64,000 bases of DNA. Origin: Oopsacas minuta (taxonomy: Eukaryota; Animalia; Porifera). A program made the translations under genes and the position numbers. The notes beneath the pieces are model-generated. The model did not search any database, was not told the DNA's origin, and was given only the letters and a program-made list of their open reading frames with translations. The DNA is taken from NCBI GenBank assembly GCA_024704765.1, contig JAKMXF010000088.1, positions 744,001 through 808,000 of the forward strand, read 5' to 3'. Positions 24,976 to 38,700 of this stretch are shown in pieces. Each line of letters opens with the position of its first letter. Within the stretch, counting starts at the first letter, position 1.

Positions 24976-27900
24976 TCAACTCTGTTTATGAGATTTCTTG
25001 AACTTCTCATACTCAGTTACCAGACTGTATTTCCGGTATTTTGTCCGTTGATACTTTGTGACCTTCTTCTCTTTTGGGAGGGATTGATAAAATTTCATAA
25101 CCTGTAGGGAGGGGTGGGAATGATTAAGAAGTATTTTTAAATATTAATGTAGAATTCCATAATCAAATTCCAGCTAAAGTGTCTGAGTAATTATCATAAT
25201 TAATAGGTTTACCTTTGTGATCTCACTAAGACATTTGTCTAATGGATCGAGGCAGGCTTCCTAGGTTATATAGTCACGCTATATTTTAGGAATTATCAAA
25301 CCATGAATATCAATTACAGACACTTAACTTACTTACGCTAATAGTCAATGAAGTAACTGTATTTCACGCCTGATATTAAGTGGGGGGTGTGACACCCTGG
25401 GTAGGGCCGTAGGGACTTATCAGATACATCATGGATCGGAGAGGATACGTATGGTATTGCCAATTGTAGGGACCAGATTACTATGTGCAATATTTGTTCG
25501 TCATATTCATATATTCGTGTATTTACTGTAAATGTATACACACATACCTCCTCTGGATTGTGCGCTTGACAATGCAACTGAGAGAACCAGACAATCTCAT
25601 CCATAGTATTCACAAAAGTGTTACCTTGATTAGTCATCGCGCTGCAGAGATCTTTCAGATTTCCAAGAGCAGTAGTTGAAGTGTTAGGAGGGGGATTTGA
25701 TTCCTATTTTAAAGGATAAAATTTATGGAAATTTTGCGCATGAACTTATTTCAAAAATTGGAAAAAACATCAGAATAAATAATATAGTTACAGGTGTCAA
25801 AATAACTCTAAACTAACCATTTGTTGTGTCTGAATACTGACGATATGAGTTGGAGAAGATACTATTTCGGGGATCGATGAGATACTCGTAATAATCTGGG
25901 GAGGATATATCACAGCTGGAGTGATAGCGACAGAATGTGGCAGATATGACAGAGTAGAGAATAATTGGAAATCTGGATGCCTGTAAAGAAATCGAAGATA
26001 GATTTGAAATCGAATTGAATATCGGTGGAATGCTGAAAATAATAAATTTATATAAATCAATACTTAATTATTCAAATTAAATAAATAAACATACATACCT
26101 ATACCTATGCTCCGTTGTCAAGCTAGTCTGATTATTTGTGGGAAAGCAATCTTCTTTTTGCATTGACACTAAAATATCCAAATTCGGGGGATTTGTTCTT
26201 CCCCAAAACTCTGTGTCCATCATAAATGTATCAGCGTTAGTTAGGACTGCTTGTTGACTAAAGGGACACACAGAGGGATTCGTGAACTTAGTATTTATAC
26301 ATAACCATCTATAGGGATATTATATTTATAATTAATTATCATGACTCACTATTTCATACCAATGGAGACATCTCACCGCCATTAATGCGTTAACGGGTAT
26401 TAAATATTATAAACATAAACAAAGTTCTTTTGATCATTCTTATCTAACCACAAATAATAACAACCCACCTCACCTCAGTATTCAAATTCCTAATGAAGAA
26501 TTCCATAGCAAATAATATTAACTAGGAAGTAATATTTATGCTTTTGCTTGCTATATACATAATACATAATACAAATACAAATACAAATATAAATACACAA
26601 TATTAATAGCAATTGTTGTTTGTTTGTTTGTTTGTGTCCGTTGTCAAGGAAAGGATTTACGGTATGCAATTTTACCTATCGTGTTTATCAAGCAAGTAAA
26701 TAGAATTCAATAAAACTTCAGTAAATATATCGAACATGATGAATCCAATTTTCGCACTTTTGGATTAATCATATGTAAATTTATTGTTGTTTTTATGAAT
26801 ATAAAGTAAACAAATCGATATAACCGGTGTAATATATTGTACTTTGACGGTTTGGGACGATCATTCCAAAGTCTTAAATTGGACAAATATGGTCCCAAAA
26901 CGTAACCGTAACATATGTCTCATCCGTTATAATGGAAGTAATTATCGCGGGGTTCCTTGAGTTTCGATATAACGGGGAGTGACTGTAACACTGTCGATAC
27001 GTTATGACAAATTGTTTGTTTAGTTAAGAAATCTATCATAATATCCATGGTGTATTTAATAGAATCTTAGTTAGAATTTGTGTAACTGTAAAGTATTTCT
27101 TACTTCTAATCCTTTGTATTGAGGTAACAGCAATTTGATAGTAATGCAATCAATTCATAGTCCTGTAATGCAATTATATAACTCCAGTCAATCAAGATGA
27201 GCTCGTAGTTATCCTCAGGATCAACAGAACTCATTTTATTCTTACTGTTCCTATTATCAGGAATTGACTTATACCTTGAGCAGATATAGTCCCGTTATGA
27301 CAGCTGTTATAACAAGACTCATACGCTAGCGGATAGCTTAACGTATGCCCTGTGGCAGCAGAGGATAGTAATGAATAGCCGCGTACCGTGGGTCTCCTGG
27401 GTGTCCGAACACCTTTTGGGTATTACCAACTGTAGATTTATGCTAATAATTTTCTCTACGTATTACCAACTGTTTGAGGAGAAACCTCAAGTTACTCTAA
27501 TGTACAACTAATAAACTCACTGTACATCTGTTCCATTCAAGTATTTACAAATATTTAAGAATGACAGTCTGTACCTCCGTGACGTATGTGTTAACTATAA
27601 TATTAGTAATCACATTATTAATGAATAAAAGCTATCAAACAAATACAAACACAGAATTCATTGATAGCGTAGAGTATAAATAGAGGTCTATAGCCATAGC
27701 TAATTATCAAATAAATCGAATACCAATAATCAATGGATGTTATTAATATTACTTCTATCAGTGATATTGAAATACAAGTTGCTGATTTTAATTTCGACAC
27801 TATTAAGCTTAACAGACTGACAGACGGGCATCCAATGGTGCGGATTGGCATTGAAATATTCAAGTTGGAACAGTTTTACACACTCCTAGACTGCGATAAG

Positions 27901-29420
27901 ATAGAAATAGCAAATTTCTTTGCGACAATCGAAGCAACATATTTAGAACAACATTTTCATAATGCAACACATGCTGCAGATGTTATGCAATCTGTGTACT
28001 CGTTACTAGTAAACAGTCCGGTAAACAAACACCTAGAGCCTTTAGACCGGCTCAGTATCGTTATAGCGGCTGCTACACACGACATAGCACACCCAGGGGT
28101 TAATAATACATTCTTAGCAAACAAGAATGATGAATTATTGCAAAAATTCGGCAAAGAATCTACGTTAGAGAAATTTCACTTCTCAATCGCATTGAAAGTA
28201 ATCGAAGAAACGAGAATATTAGAAAATCTGAATCAGTACGATTCGTCAAGAGTTACTGCTCTTATTAAGGAACTAATCTTAGCAACAGATCCAGGGAAAC
28301 ATTCCATTAACACTAATGAATTCCTTAAAATTAAAGAAGACATAAACTTAGAGAACTCCTCCCATATATTGAGGGTTCTGAAGCAAGCTATAATATGTGC
28401 TGATATAAGCGGGCAGGCTCGTAAACTGGAAATAGCTACACAGTGGGGGGAGAGGGTATATGAAGAGTTCTTCCGTCTAGGGGATCTGGAAATGGAACTA
28501 GGACTAGAAGTACAGAAGTTGAATGATAGAAATACAGTAGATGTTAACAAGGGACAAGTTGGATTCATTAATTTCTGTGTGAAGCCTGTCTTCAAGGCTT
28601 GGAATGAAGTTTTCAGAAATGAATTTTCAAGCAAAATATTAGAAAATTTAGATTTTAACTGTCAGCAATATAAAAAGCTTTGCTAGATATTCGTATTATT
28701 AATAAATATATTTATTGAAAACTTTCATATTTAGAGGGGGAGAGGGGGAGGGGGGGTATTTGTCACAAACAGCCCTTACAATAAATCGATTACAGCGGAT
28801 GCCACTTATAAGAGCATATTTGAATACTCACAAGATTGGGAACCGGTGTTAAGCAATGATCGCTGTGTATGATTAATAATAGAGACAGTTATGTTCTCCC
28901 AAATATAATGCAATAATATTTCATTAAATATTAGTATGTTAGTGCTATAATATGGAACTATTATAAGTTATTCTAATTACAAATATGTGAATAATGTCAG
29001 GAATGATAACAAGACTTACCAGAGGAGAGTATAACAAATAATTAACGTTTACATTAAATAATATTGAAATACTATAGACAACTAATTTTTGCCATAAAAG
29101 AAGAAAATACGTTCACAATCCCAGACACATATTCTTTTCTCCTGATTACCATATCTCATTTTACAACTGCTATTAGTACCCAATATGTAACTATAGAATA
29201 TTGATATGATTATTCCAGATCTAGTCATAATACTCCAGCTAATGTTATTGAGAATATATTTGGGAGCTATCGACCATATTGTTCGGCTTTTTCGAATCAC
29301 ATAAACTGGTATATTGAGTGCAGTAACCTTTGGATATTTTGTCGGTAGCATGGCGCTGGGTATTCCAGATATACAAGGATAAACGCATGAGGAATTAGCA
29401 TTAAATACAGTCTTACACAA
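24976..29420 (-). CDS. Unidentified multi-exon gene; 5' part uncertain
   Basis: Phase-consistent minus-strand exons give ...WLCINTKFTNPSVCPFSQQAVL..., HPDFQLFSTLSYLP...QTQQM, ESNPPPNTSTTALGNLKDLCSAMTNQ, EACLDPLDKCLSEITK and VMKFYQSLPKEKK...KQS* (stop at 24976). Candidate upstream exons lie at ~27520-27594 and ~29020-29075. No family recognised. Confidence 0.4.
27733..28686 (+). CDS. Class I cyclic nucleotide phosphodiesterase, catalytic domain only, intronless
   Basis: 317-aa ORF with HNATHAAD, HDIAHPGVNN, LILATD, CADIS, EFFRLGDLE and GQVGFI (invariant Gln). Confidence 0.92.
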   Translation: MDVINITSISDIEIQVADFNFDTIKLNRLTDGHPMVRIGIEIFKLEQFYTLLDCDKIEIANFFATIEATYLEQHFHNATHAADVMQSVYSLLVNSPVNKHLEPLDRLSIVIAAATHDIAHPGVNNTFLANKNDELLQKFGKESTLEKFHFSIALKVIEETRILENLNQYDSSRVTALIKELILATDPGKHSINTNEFLKIKEDINLENSSHILRVLKQAIICADISGQARKLEIATQWGERVYEEFFRLGDLEMELGLEVQKLNDRNTVDVNKGQVGFINFCVKPVFKAWNEVFRNEFSSKILENLDFNCQQYKKLC

Positions 29421-30215
29421 GCAAAGATTATACTTCGTAAAAAGTAATTACTAGTTTCATTAGCAATTTGATTGCTAATGTGTTTCGATGATTAGTAGTA
29501 CATTAGTGCTGTATTATTGGTAATTTTAGTAATTAATACAGCTCTATAGGAAGTCAAATCAAATCAGAGATTATCCTTATAGCGATAAATAAGAAAGGAT
29601 TCGACATTGAAAATGATTTCGAAAAAGTTCGTAGACACAAATTCATGGAAGTTTAATATTGTAAAATTGCAAATAAATAACCAGAATTACTGGACAATGA
29701 TTTCAATAAGGATATCATAGATTAATCATATGAGTATTAATCTAATTATAGTATAGAAGTATAAAGTAACGCCTCTATAGATATATCCGCTAGATACAAG
29801 GACCCCATATGTGTAAATTGATTCATAACATATTCATGATTGTATTACAATGATATACGCACAACTCTTATTAATATTGATAACCTCTAATCAGCTCAAT
29901 AAATACTCAAAGCTTTACAGACGTATGGATAAACTCAATGAGCTCTGTTAATGTGAAATATCTCATAACCATGTAACCACATTCCTTACGTACATACTCG
30001 TAACTACGTATTATACAGAATAGATGTATAAATCGTTTGAATAAGTATTACCTGCACTCTATTAGAGAGTATTCACGTCATATACAGCGATTATTCCATA
30101 TCATGTATGTGAGAAGTAGAACAGTTCTACTTACATACATCTCTTCACTAATTGAGTGATATAACTTGTATAATACTGACGTTATTGTGTGTACAGATTA
30201 GAACTACTGTTAGTT

Positions 30216-30436
30216 GGAAACTTGTTTCAGCTCCACCACCTACAAAACCTGTCACATGAATAACTACACAATATATTTACTAACTAACGGGTGAATAGTA
30301 GTAACAGACCTCCTTTAACACGATTAATTCACACATTTAGAAGTAGAGTCATTAGAATATTTCTATGAATTGGACACTATAATTACGTCATAAATAATGA
30401 GATAGGAATTGACCGCTCGCCTGCATGCTTAGATGG
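30216..30436. repeat. Dispersed ~230-250 bp repeat, copy 1 (inverted relative to the other two)
   Basis: Near-identical to 35045-35289 and 57917-58171 (core gaattaatcgtgttaaaggaggtctgttactactattcacccgttagttagtaaatatattgtg). Confidence 0.9.
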
Positions 30437-31376
30437 AGATGAAACGTACAGAGGAGACACTTATAAATTGCACAATACAGTAATATATCATATGTAGCTA
30501 TACGTGTCTATATTAGTTAGTATTGGGAAGTAAGCTAATGTAACTAATACGCGTAGCTTAGTATTAATTATTATTATTAGCGGGATAATTAGCAAATAAT
30601 ACTGTAATAACACATAGACATTATATAGTTGAGTAAAATTTAATAAATTTGATTATAGGTTAATTAGAGGGAGGGACAAGAGCCATAATGGGATCTAAGT
30701 ATACCAGTCATATCTCCAGATAAGGACTGATTTCTAGGTTAATTATCCAACACCTGATACCCTGTATTATGTTCCACGTGCTGTCAAGGGGCAGGGCTAT
30801 TTAAATGTACACACCCATGAATACATTCTTGAAATTCACTGATTTGATAATTGATATCTCAGAGATAGAGTATGGAAATTGAATTAATTGGTGAGAATAT
30901 ATGCAACAATACTGACATACCAGAATATTCTAACCTTATGTAAGATATTATAGGACCTTTAAACTCTCAGAATTCAGATATTAGGAGACATTACGGTGCA
31001 ATTAAATACAGCACAGACATAGGATATAGTGGTGATAAAATGGGCGTAGCCAATTGTAAGATATGGCATACCAAGAATTCTGTTCTCTCAAGTATCTCTC
31101 AGAATTCCTATACAATTCTATCTATCATATATTTTGATTATTATAACACCCTTACGAGTAGCAAAATATGTTCGGTATGAATTATACAAGAGGATATGAG
31201 GGCCGTTTTCCAGGTAATGGTTCTTATACTCGATACCTATTGTATAGGATATCCAGTACTCATATTTGTAACAATAGGATATACTATCTTGGACTATGGA
31301 TAAAAATCTGGGAAAAATCCTGCAATATTAGTTGTAGGCATTGTATCTATTCGTGTCAGGAATATTTTCATATATA

Positions 31377-31550
31377 ATGAACCATGGATACCCGTATAAA
31401 TAGTATATTAATGAACCATGGATACCCGTATAAATAGTATATTAATGAACCATGGATACCCGTATAAATAGTATATTAATGAACCATGGATACCCGTATA
31501 AATAGTATATTAATGAACCATGGATACCCGTATAAATAGTATATTAATGA
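31377..31550. repeat. Perfect 34-bp tandem repeat x5
   Basis: Unit atgaaccatggatacccgtataaatagtatatta starts at 31377, 31411, 31445, 31479 and 31513. No spacers. Confidence 0.97.
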
Positions 31551-31663
31551 TAAATGGCATTCTAACAATTAAGCAACACAGAATATACAATTAATAATGT
31601 ACATAAAAGGTGATGTATAAAATGTTAATAAACGATCAAATACAATAATTAGTTAAGTGAGAG

Positions 31664-32663
31664 CTAGTTTGGTTTCGGTATTTCTTGTTGTTGGTGTTGT
31701 TGGTGTGCTAATTGAAGTTGTTCCTGAGTTAAAATGCTGTCTATAAACAAAGAAATAAAAGTAAAAGGTGTGAAAATATGAATATAAATAATCCAGTTAC
31801 CATGCAATGTATGTCTTCTTTCTAATGTCTTAGATTTCTTGTCTGAACTGACACCAAATTTCTGTAAATAATTTTGGGTAGCTTTATTGAACTTTGACCT
31901 TGTGCTATTCTGTCTAGTCAGACTATCAGCTGATTCTGTTATTGGGATATTGTTTCTATAAATAATTAACAAACCAATCATATCTCCTAGTCCACCAGTG
32001 ATGTCATATTTACCTTCTTAATGCTGTATCTTGATCAATAATAATTTTCTAAACACAAACAAACACAAGATAAACAACAATATATTAAACAATAAACAAA
32101 TTTACCATCAAGTTAGATACTGTGCTTACTAGCTGTACTCCCACTGTTGTCTAAATAAATACAAATAAATACCATAATGGACACTATGCTACAACATACA
32201 AATTCCTCCTCTGTTCCTTGGTTACCATACAGGTCATTGGTATGCATATCTGAGTCAATGGAGGGGGTAAGGGGACAGTCTATTGAGTACATAGAACAAT
32301 CTGATTCTGTACGAGTAAGATACCAATTAGCTCTAGCGAGTATATCCTGACTAGCTCCTTTCCTTCTATAAGATTAAGAGTAGATTTGATATACAAAGTA
32401 TTAAACACCTTATTGAACACTTGTAAGAACTGCTACTCTGGGGGTGTTCTTATAACCGGCATACAGTGTATCCTATGTGTTGTAATAATATGTAGGGTCA
32501 CCTCGGTTTGGGAGGCTTTCCCTCTGGTGAGCTAATCTTCCTGAGGGAGTGTGTGTAGGAGAGGGCAGGGGTCTTATCCTCATGTCTCATTCTAGATTGT
32601 AGGAAATCAGAAGATGATTTGAGGGTTGATTGTAGATACAAGAACTCATCTCTAAACAACAAC

Positions 32664-32723
<60 letters not shown>

Positions 32724-35700
32724 TATGATATTAAGCAGATAAGGAGAACTAACCGTTGACTTAATTCTGTATTGGAATCTTGTAATGCTGGGTTGTTTCT
32801 CAGCTAAGGTAAACAACAAAATAAATAAACAACAAACAAACAAACAAACAACTGTAAGGAGTATTAAGAACTCACATCGAGGTTGAATATCAATTTCTCT
32901 CTTTCAAGAAGATTAGCATTTATCTTCTGGTCAATCTCAGTAAGCATTTCTAAGGAATACAATTAATAACAAACAAACAAACAAACAAACAAATAAACAA
33001 ACAAATAAACAAACAACTCACCAAAGGAAACATGTTTATGTTTGTGTTTTACTTGGTCTGATTTGACATGGAAACTATGAGTTGCCGACTTTTTAGAAAT
33101 CTTTTTCTCTTTTTCTTTGTTTTGCTCGAAGAATGGAGTTTCTATAACACCTCGAACTAAACAACAAACAAACAACAATAACAATACAAAAATACAGTTA
33201 ACTCCCGGTACATCGAAGGGACCGTGATAATTACTCAGTCAATTACTGCTAGATACTACTATATGATGTGGAACAGATGACTAGTATAGAATTACGTGGC
33301 AGTATATATAACCATGAATTGTAATCAGACCAAATCCATTGGATAGGAACTATAAATAGTTCCTATTACTATTGCATTATATTAGTACGCTAGCAACCGT
33401 TTTGTTCTTAGGAATTCTAATGGCATATTTCAATGCTAAATCTGAAGAAGTTGTTATTGGAAAACATGAATTATTCATACAACCATCTACAGATGATTTC
33501 TCACACCTTCCTATTGATGCAATACTGAAAATATTCACATTCCTAGATGCCAGATCGTTGTGTAGATGTGCAGAGGTACAGAGGAGCTGGTATAGCCTAG
33601 CAACCATGGACAGGGTATGGAATTTGGTCTTGGAGAGAGACCGCAAAGTTTGGAAGACAGTTGGCAACAGGTCATATTCCAAAACCCCAGATGACAACTT
33701 GTCAAAAAAACAAATTTACATGATAACACGTCCTGAATTGGCGCTTAAAAAAGTACCAGTAAGTGTGATAAGTGGCATAATAAAGAGAACAACAAATCTT
33801 ATTCGGACTTTCACACCTAAGTGCATATTATATGGCTCAGGTCTGGAGAGCACTCAAATGGTTAGGAACTGGTTGCTAAGTGCAGAACCTGAATCTCCAT
33901 TTAAGTGTGTTGGTTATACGCAGGGTGTGAATGGGATAGGAGCAGGTGTAACAATTGAACTCATAGGGTATGGTAACATGAATGTTATTACTCTATATAA
34001 TGCTACTTGGGCGGAGAGAAGGGCAATAGTGGCAGGGGAGAGACCTAGAATAAATAGACTACTGGAAGACCCAAATAAAGGGGCTGTTAAGGAGCAAGGG
34101 GATGAGATGAGTTATGAAGACAGTGTCAAGTAAGTTTAAATAAGGTGTAACGGCAACAAATATGAGCTTAGGAATTCTCCGTTTCCAGAAGTTCTCCGTT
34201 TGTTGCGCTTACATTATATTAAATTGTTGCTTAGCAACGAATATTATCCTGGAATGTTCTAGGATAATCCCCCAAATACGAGAACTATGTCATAGCATGA
34301 ATGTAGCAATATTCGCTATAGACAGTAACCTAATAAATGAGCAATACAAGACAGATAGATCAGAGATGAGAGCAATGCTTAACTGTACTCCTAACAGAAC
34401 ACCACTACTAGTGCTTAATATTAGGTCAGGGAATACAGCTCCTGTAGGGATATCATCCTTAGATGTATGTGAGTTGTTAGAGCTGGATAAACTGGACAGA
34501 CCCTGGTTGGTCCATGCTGTGTGTGCTACTGAACTGATTGGGATAGTGCCAGGTGTTAAGTGGTGCATGCAGGAACTAGATATGATTTAATTGGTTGGCG
34601 TATTTAAACTATTTATCCGTTTTTGAGTGTATAATTACAGTGTTACCTCCATAAACGCTGCCTGTGGAAACGGAGTGCAAATATATAGAGGGAATTCTAG
34701 TCCATACAAATAAGATAGCATCTTCTGACGTCCCTGACACACCGTTTGTGGAGGTCATACTTATAAGAACACATAATGCTATTCCCAAGGGTTTTCTTAT
34801 AACCGACACTATACTGGTACTATCCATGGTGCAATAACACAATATAGCCGAGAGCTTTTATCTAATAGCACCATAGCTATGAGACCTATTACTTCGGCTA
34901 TTGTGTCACTTTATTTCAGCTATTAGATTAGGTAATCTAACCGCGAGGTGAAGTGACGATCTGTAGCTGGTACTAATTGCAGTTAGAGGGATAGGATAGA
35001 GCTGTAAAATGGGTTGATATTAAGCTAAGGGCCCTGTTAATGATAAACTTGTTTGAACTACACATTATGTCCATCTAAGCATGCAGGCGAGCGGCCAATT
35101 GCTATCTCATTATTTATGACGTAATTATAGTGTCCAATTCATGGAAATAGTCCAATGACTCTACTTCTAAATGTGTGAATTAATCGTGTTAAAGGAGGTC
35201 TGTTACTACTATTCACCCGTTAGTTAGTAAATATATTGTGTAGTTATTCATGTGACAGGGAAACTTGATTGGAGCTGAAACAAGTTTCCTACTAACTGAG
35301 GCTTATTTACCTTTAGAAATATCAACAGCTGCTTTGATTATGTCACTCTGCCACTTATTAGCCTCTTCACACGTCTCAAACATTAACCTATACATCTCAG
35401 CAGCTGATTTCTCTGTATTAATAATAAATATCGATTTCTTATCGACAGCATTAGGTTTGACTAGCAGATGTTTAAGGTGTATAAATGGTAGGTTCAGATC
35501 CCCGATCTGGGGAACATAGTATCTGCTATCCTTCTCTAGGAGCATGAATATTGAGTCGTTGAATAGGAGGATTGTTGTTTCAAGAGATACAGTGTGTTTA
35601 CCTTGGTTAATATACCTAACAACAACAAATCAGTTATCCTGCATCTACTGTATGATACATATTTTCACACCTATTAACATACCATATAGTCTTGCCATGA

Positions 35701-38700
35701 GTCTTCAACTTTCGGCCATTAAACCTCAGCTTAATATCAAATTTCTTAACTTTACCATTTGCTTTAATAATAGCATTATCATAGCTAGCAGTTATCTTAT
35801 TCAGGAAATCTCTATTCTGTTCTTCTGTTAACTCGTCGTTAATAGACTGTACTATTTCCTTGCCTTCCTCTATACCGTCCTGTAAGCATTCATAGTCCTT
35901 GTGATCTAAAGAGGGTGTATAGTCAACTCCTGTTATATAGAAGCTCAAGGGACCGTGATAATTAATTGGATGTAATGATGAAATCTAGGTTTGGGACCAT
36001 ATTTGTACAATTAAACACTTCGATATATCCGGGTTAGATATAACGTGAGGTGATTGTATTTCTGCAACAGCAACAACAACTACCTTTGTCTGTATATTTG
36101 TATATTCTCTCCATCAATGATATGTATTTAGTTAATCTCTGAGATATCAGTAAGTAGCAGTCAGGCAGTGTCTTTCTTCGACACTCAGGCATTGATTCAC
36201 ACTTCTATATACACATATATTATACAGGAACTAATTATAATATAGTTTCAACTTACTTGTATGAAAATAGAGAATTGTCTAGACTTTAGCATTTCCTACA
36301 TATACAATAGGTGTCAAAATCAGATATGTATACATCTACAAGTCTTACTGACTTTATAGCTAGTTAATGCTAGTGTCTGTTTACGTATAAAATGACCAAA
36401 ACACCTCTTCAGGCAATCCCTGCATTCTCCACAGAAGAAATCTGATATAGTAACGCCTATAGACTCCAGTTTCTGCTCGTCAGAACGGAGATTTAATAGA
36501 CTCATTAGAAACCTTTCTATATACAAACGTGATTTGGTTCTAATAATAGCTGCTTAAGTGATAAATAATGAATATATGAAATTATCTAACCAGATAGTAG
36601 GAGGAGATCTTCAATCTTTGGGAATAAAACTTCTAAATTAGAATCAGATATGTGTAAAGCCTCTCTCATTCCTTTTGCAAATATCTAAACAACAACAAAA
36701 CTATAATAGTAGAGACAGTATACGTATTAATTAATGACACATTTGTAATAGTAGAAGCATTCAGTAATTTGAGCCTGGGTATACTACACCAGTAACATAT
36801 ATATGCCTTAGAGAAGACTATTAGTAAAATCTAGGAGAGATGAGTGAATCAATCGATAAAGGTTCTCCCTTCCTGTTCACTACACGTGAGAATAAGATAG
36901 ATACAATCAATGAATTAGAAGTAGTTGACTTCTCAGCTGCTACATCTCCAACTCCCAGCAACCAACAGGAGAGAAGACGGACCTACGAGATGAAGAGGGC
37001 TGTTACTGAGACCTCTATAGAACGATATGTCGGGAATTACTCGTATATCATAGGACAGAGCAAGTATTATAATAATAAGAAGCATTCTGATGATGTCATT
37101 CTAGGTAAGAATATTATACACATAGATGTATAAGATTTAGAGGTGAATATATTATATAGGGGACGAGATAGGAGAGTTCTTCTCACAGCAGCTAAAGGAT
37201 CCAGATACGGGAACACCTCGGCCCCCCTCAACAGCTGGAGGATCGTACCTCACAGTTTCATCTACTCAGAAATCACACGACTACCTAAAGGCCCAGATGA
37301 CCAGTATAGTGCAACAATTCACGGATGTAAAGAGCCTGACAAGAGACCATTATGATATACTAGGTGTATCAACACCTAGAGATATTACTGAAAATAATGA
37401 GCCTGAATATCTAGCAAGCTCTATACTTAATGCGTTAACACAAATGCAGGCTAAGAAAACTCCTCCTACTCTGAGCTTCCCTACTAATGTAAGGTTCTTT
37501 AATTTGATTGTATACTTTAAGGATGTACCTGATGAACTCGATGCTGATGTAAGACTGCCACAGACTGCCATACCGATACTAGGTGAGTGTAACCTAGCAA
37601 CTGTAAGGTAGATAGGTATTTGTATAAGTTAAGGCCTGTAAGTATACCAAATAGTTCAACCGGTCCGTATGATCTCAAAATTTGTATTGCAGTCTACGGA
37701 AACAGCTGATCTAGTTGTTTAATCATACCCAACAGGTAACACTTTGAAGGAACTGATAATAACCAACAAATCGTGGATAATTACAGATGGATCAAAGCAG
37801 CCTTTCGCTAACATGCTAGGTGATGCATTATCCAAAGCTAACAAAAGGGAGAAGGAGTTGACAGAATCTCTGAGGAAGAGACTACATTTGACAGGATTTA
37901 TCAGTCATAGGAGAGATGATAAAGGAAAGAGAAGAGAAATAGCTTTTGATAACTTAGATCCTCCCTCCGATCTGTCCCCTCTCACAATGAGAGAGCAGAA
38001 ACAAATGGATGAGGTCATTAATCCGTATACAGGTTAGACACCCTCTTACCGAGGTATAGAGCATTCTAACACCATCTTATTGTCTGTAGGTATGTCGATA
38101 TGGCTAGCATTAGCAGAGTTCAAAGACCCGTATCTGAAGGAGAAGGTAATCTGGCATATATCACAGTTACTGAGAATACCAGCTATCATGGTACAACTTG
38201 ATTATTCAGGAAGAGACCTGGGAGTAGGACAGATGTTCATGACTAGCAGTCTGAGAGTAGAGGTAAGTAGGAGGACTGTTATGACTAAATAGAACAGCGG
38301 TTCCCGACCTTTTTCACCGGTGGTCCGTGGACCATCAAGATGTCTATGATTGGGAACCACTGAAATTGAAAAAAGTCAAAATTGTGACATTTTTTGCCTG
38401 CGATTACGTCATAACACCCTGTCTTATACCTTCCCCTTTAGGTGTTATGTCCAATGAGAGACAGCTGCATCAAATCATGGACTGCAAAATTTAACTTACA
38501 AAGCAAACTAGTAACTCTACAAACTATGATATTAAGAATGGCAAACTCATACTTTGAGAATCCAGAGACAGACTTCAAACAATGGAACACAATAACTCCT
38601 TCAATATTTCTACAGTCCCCAAGACTTGTTAATGAACGTCTAAATAACTTTAACTTAGAATTAGAGGAATATAAGCAGCCTGTACACGCTAAGATTATAG

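Noticed and set aside
29430-31370. Hidden gene in the ORF-poor stretch
   Set aside because: Candidate exons tested on both strands hit stops in all frames; the identifiable content is repeat and MITE copies.
31377-31550. CRISPR-like array (34-bp repeats)
   Set aside because: The units are directly adjacent with no spacers, there are no cas genes, and the context is eukaryotic.
33372-33419. Signal peptide or TM segment on FBXO4
   Set aside because: The ORF track started at a TTG; the first ATG is at 33420, which removes the hydrophobic segment.
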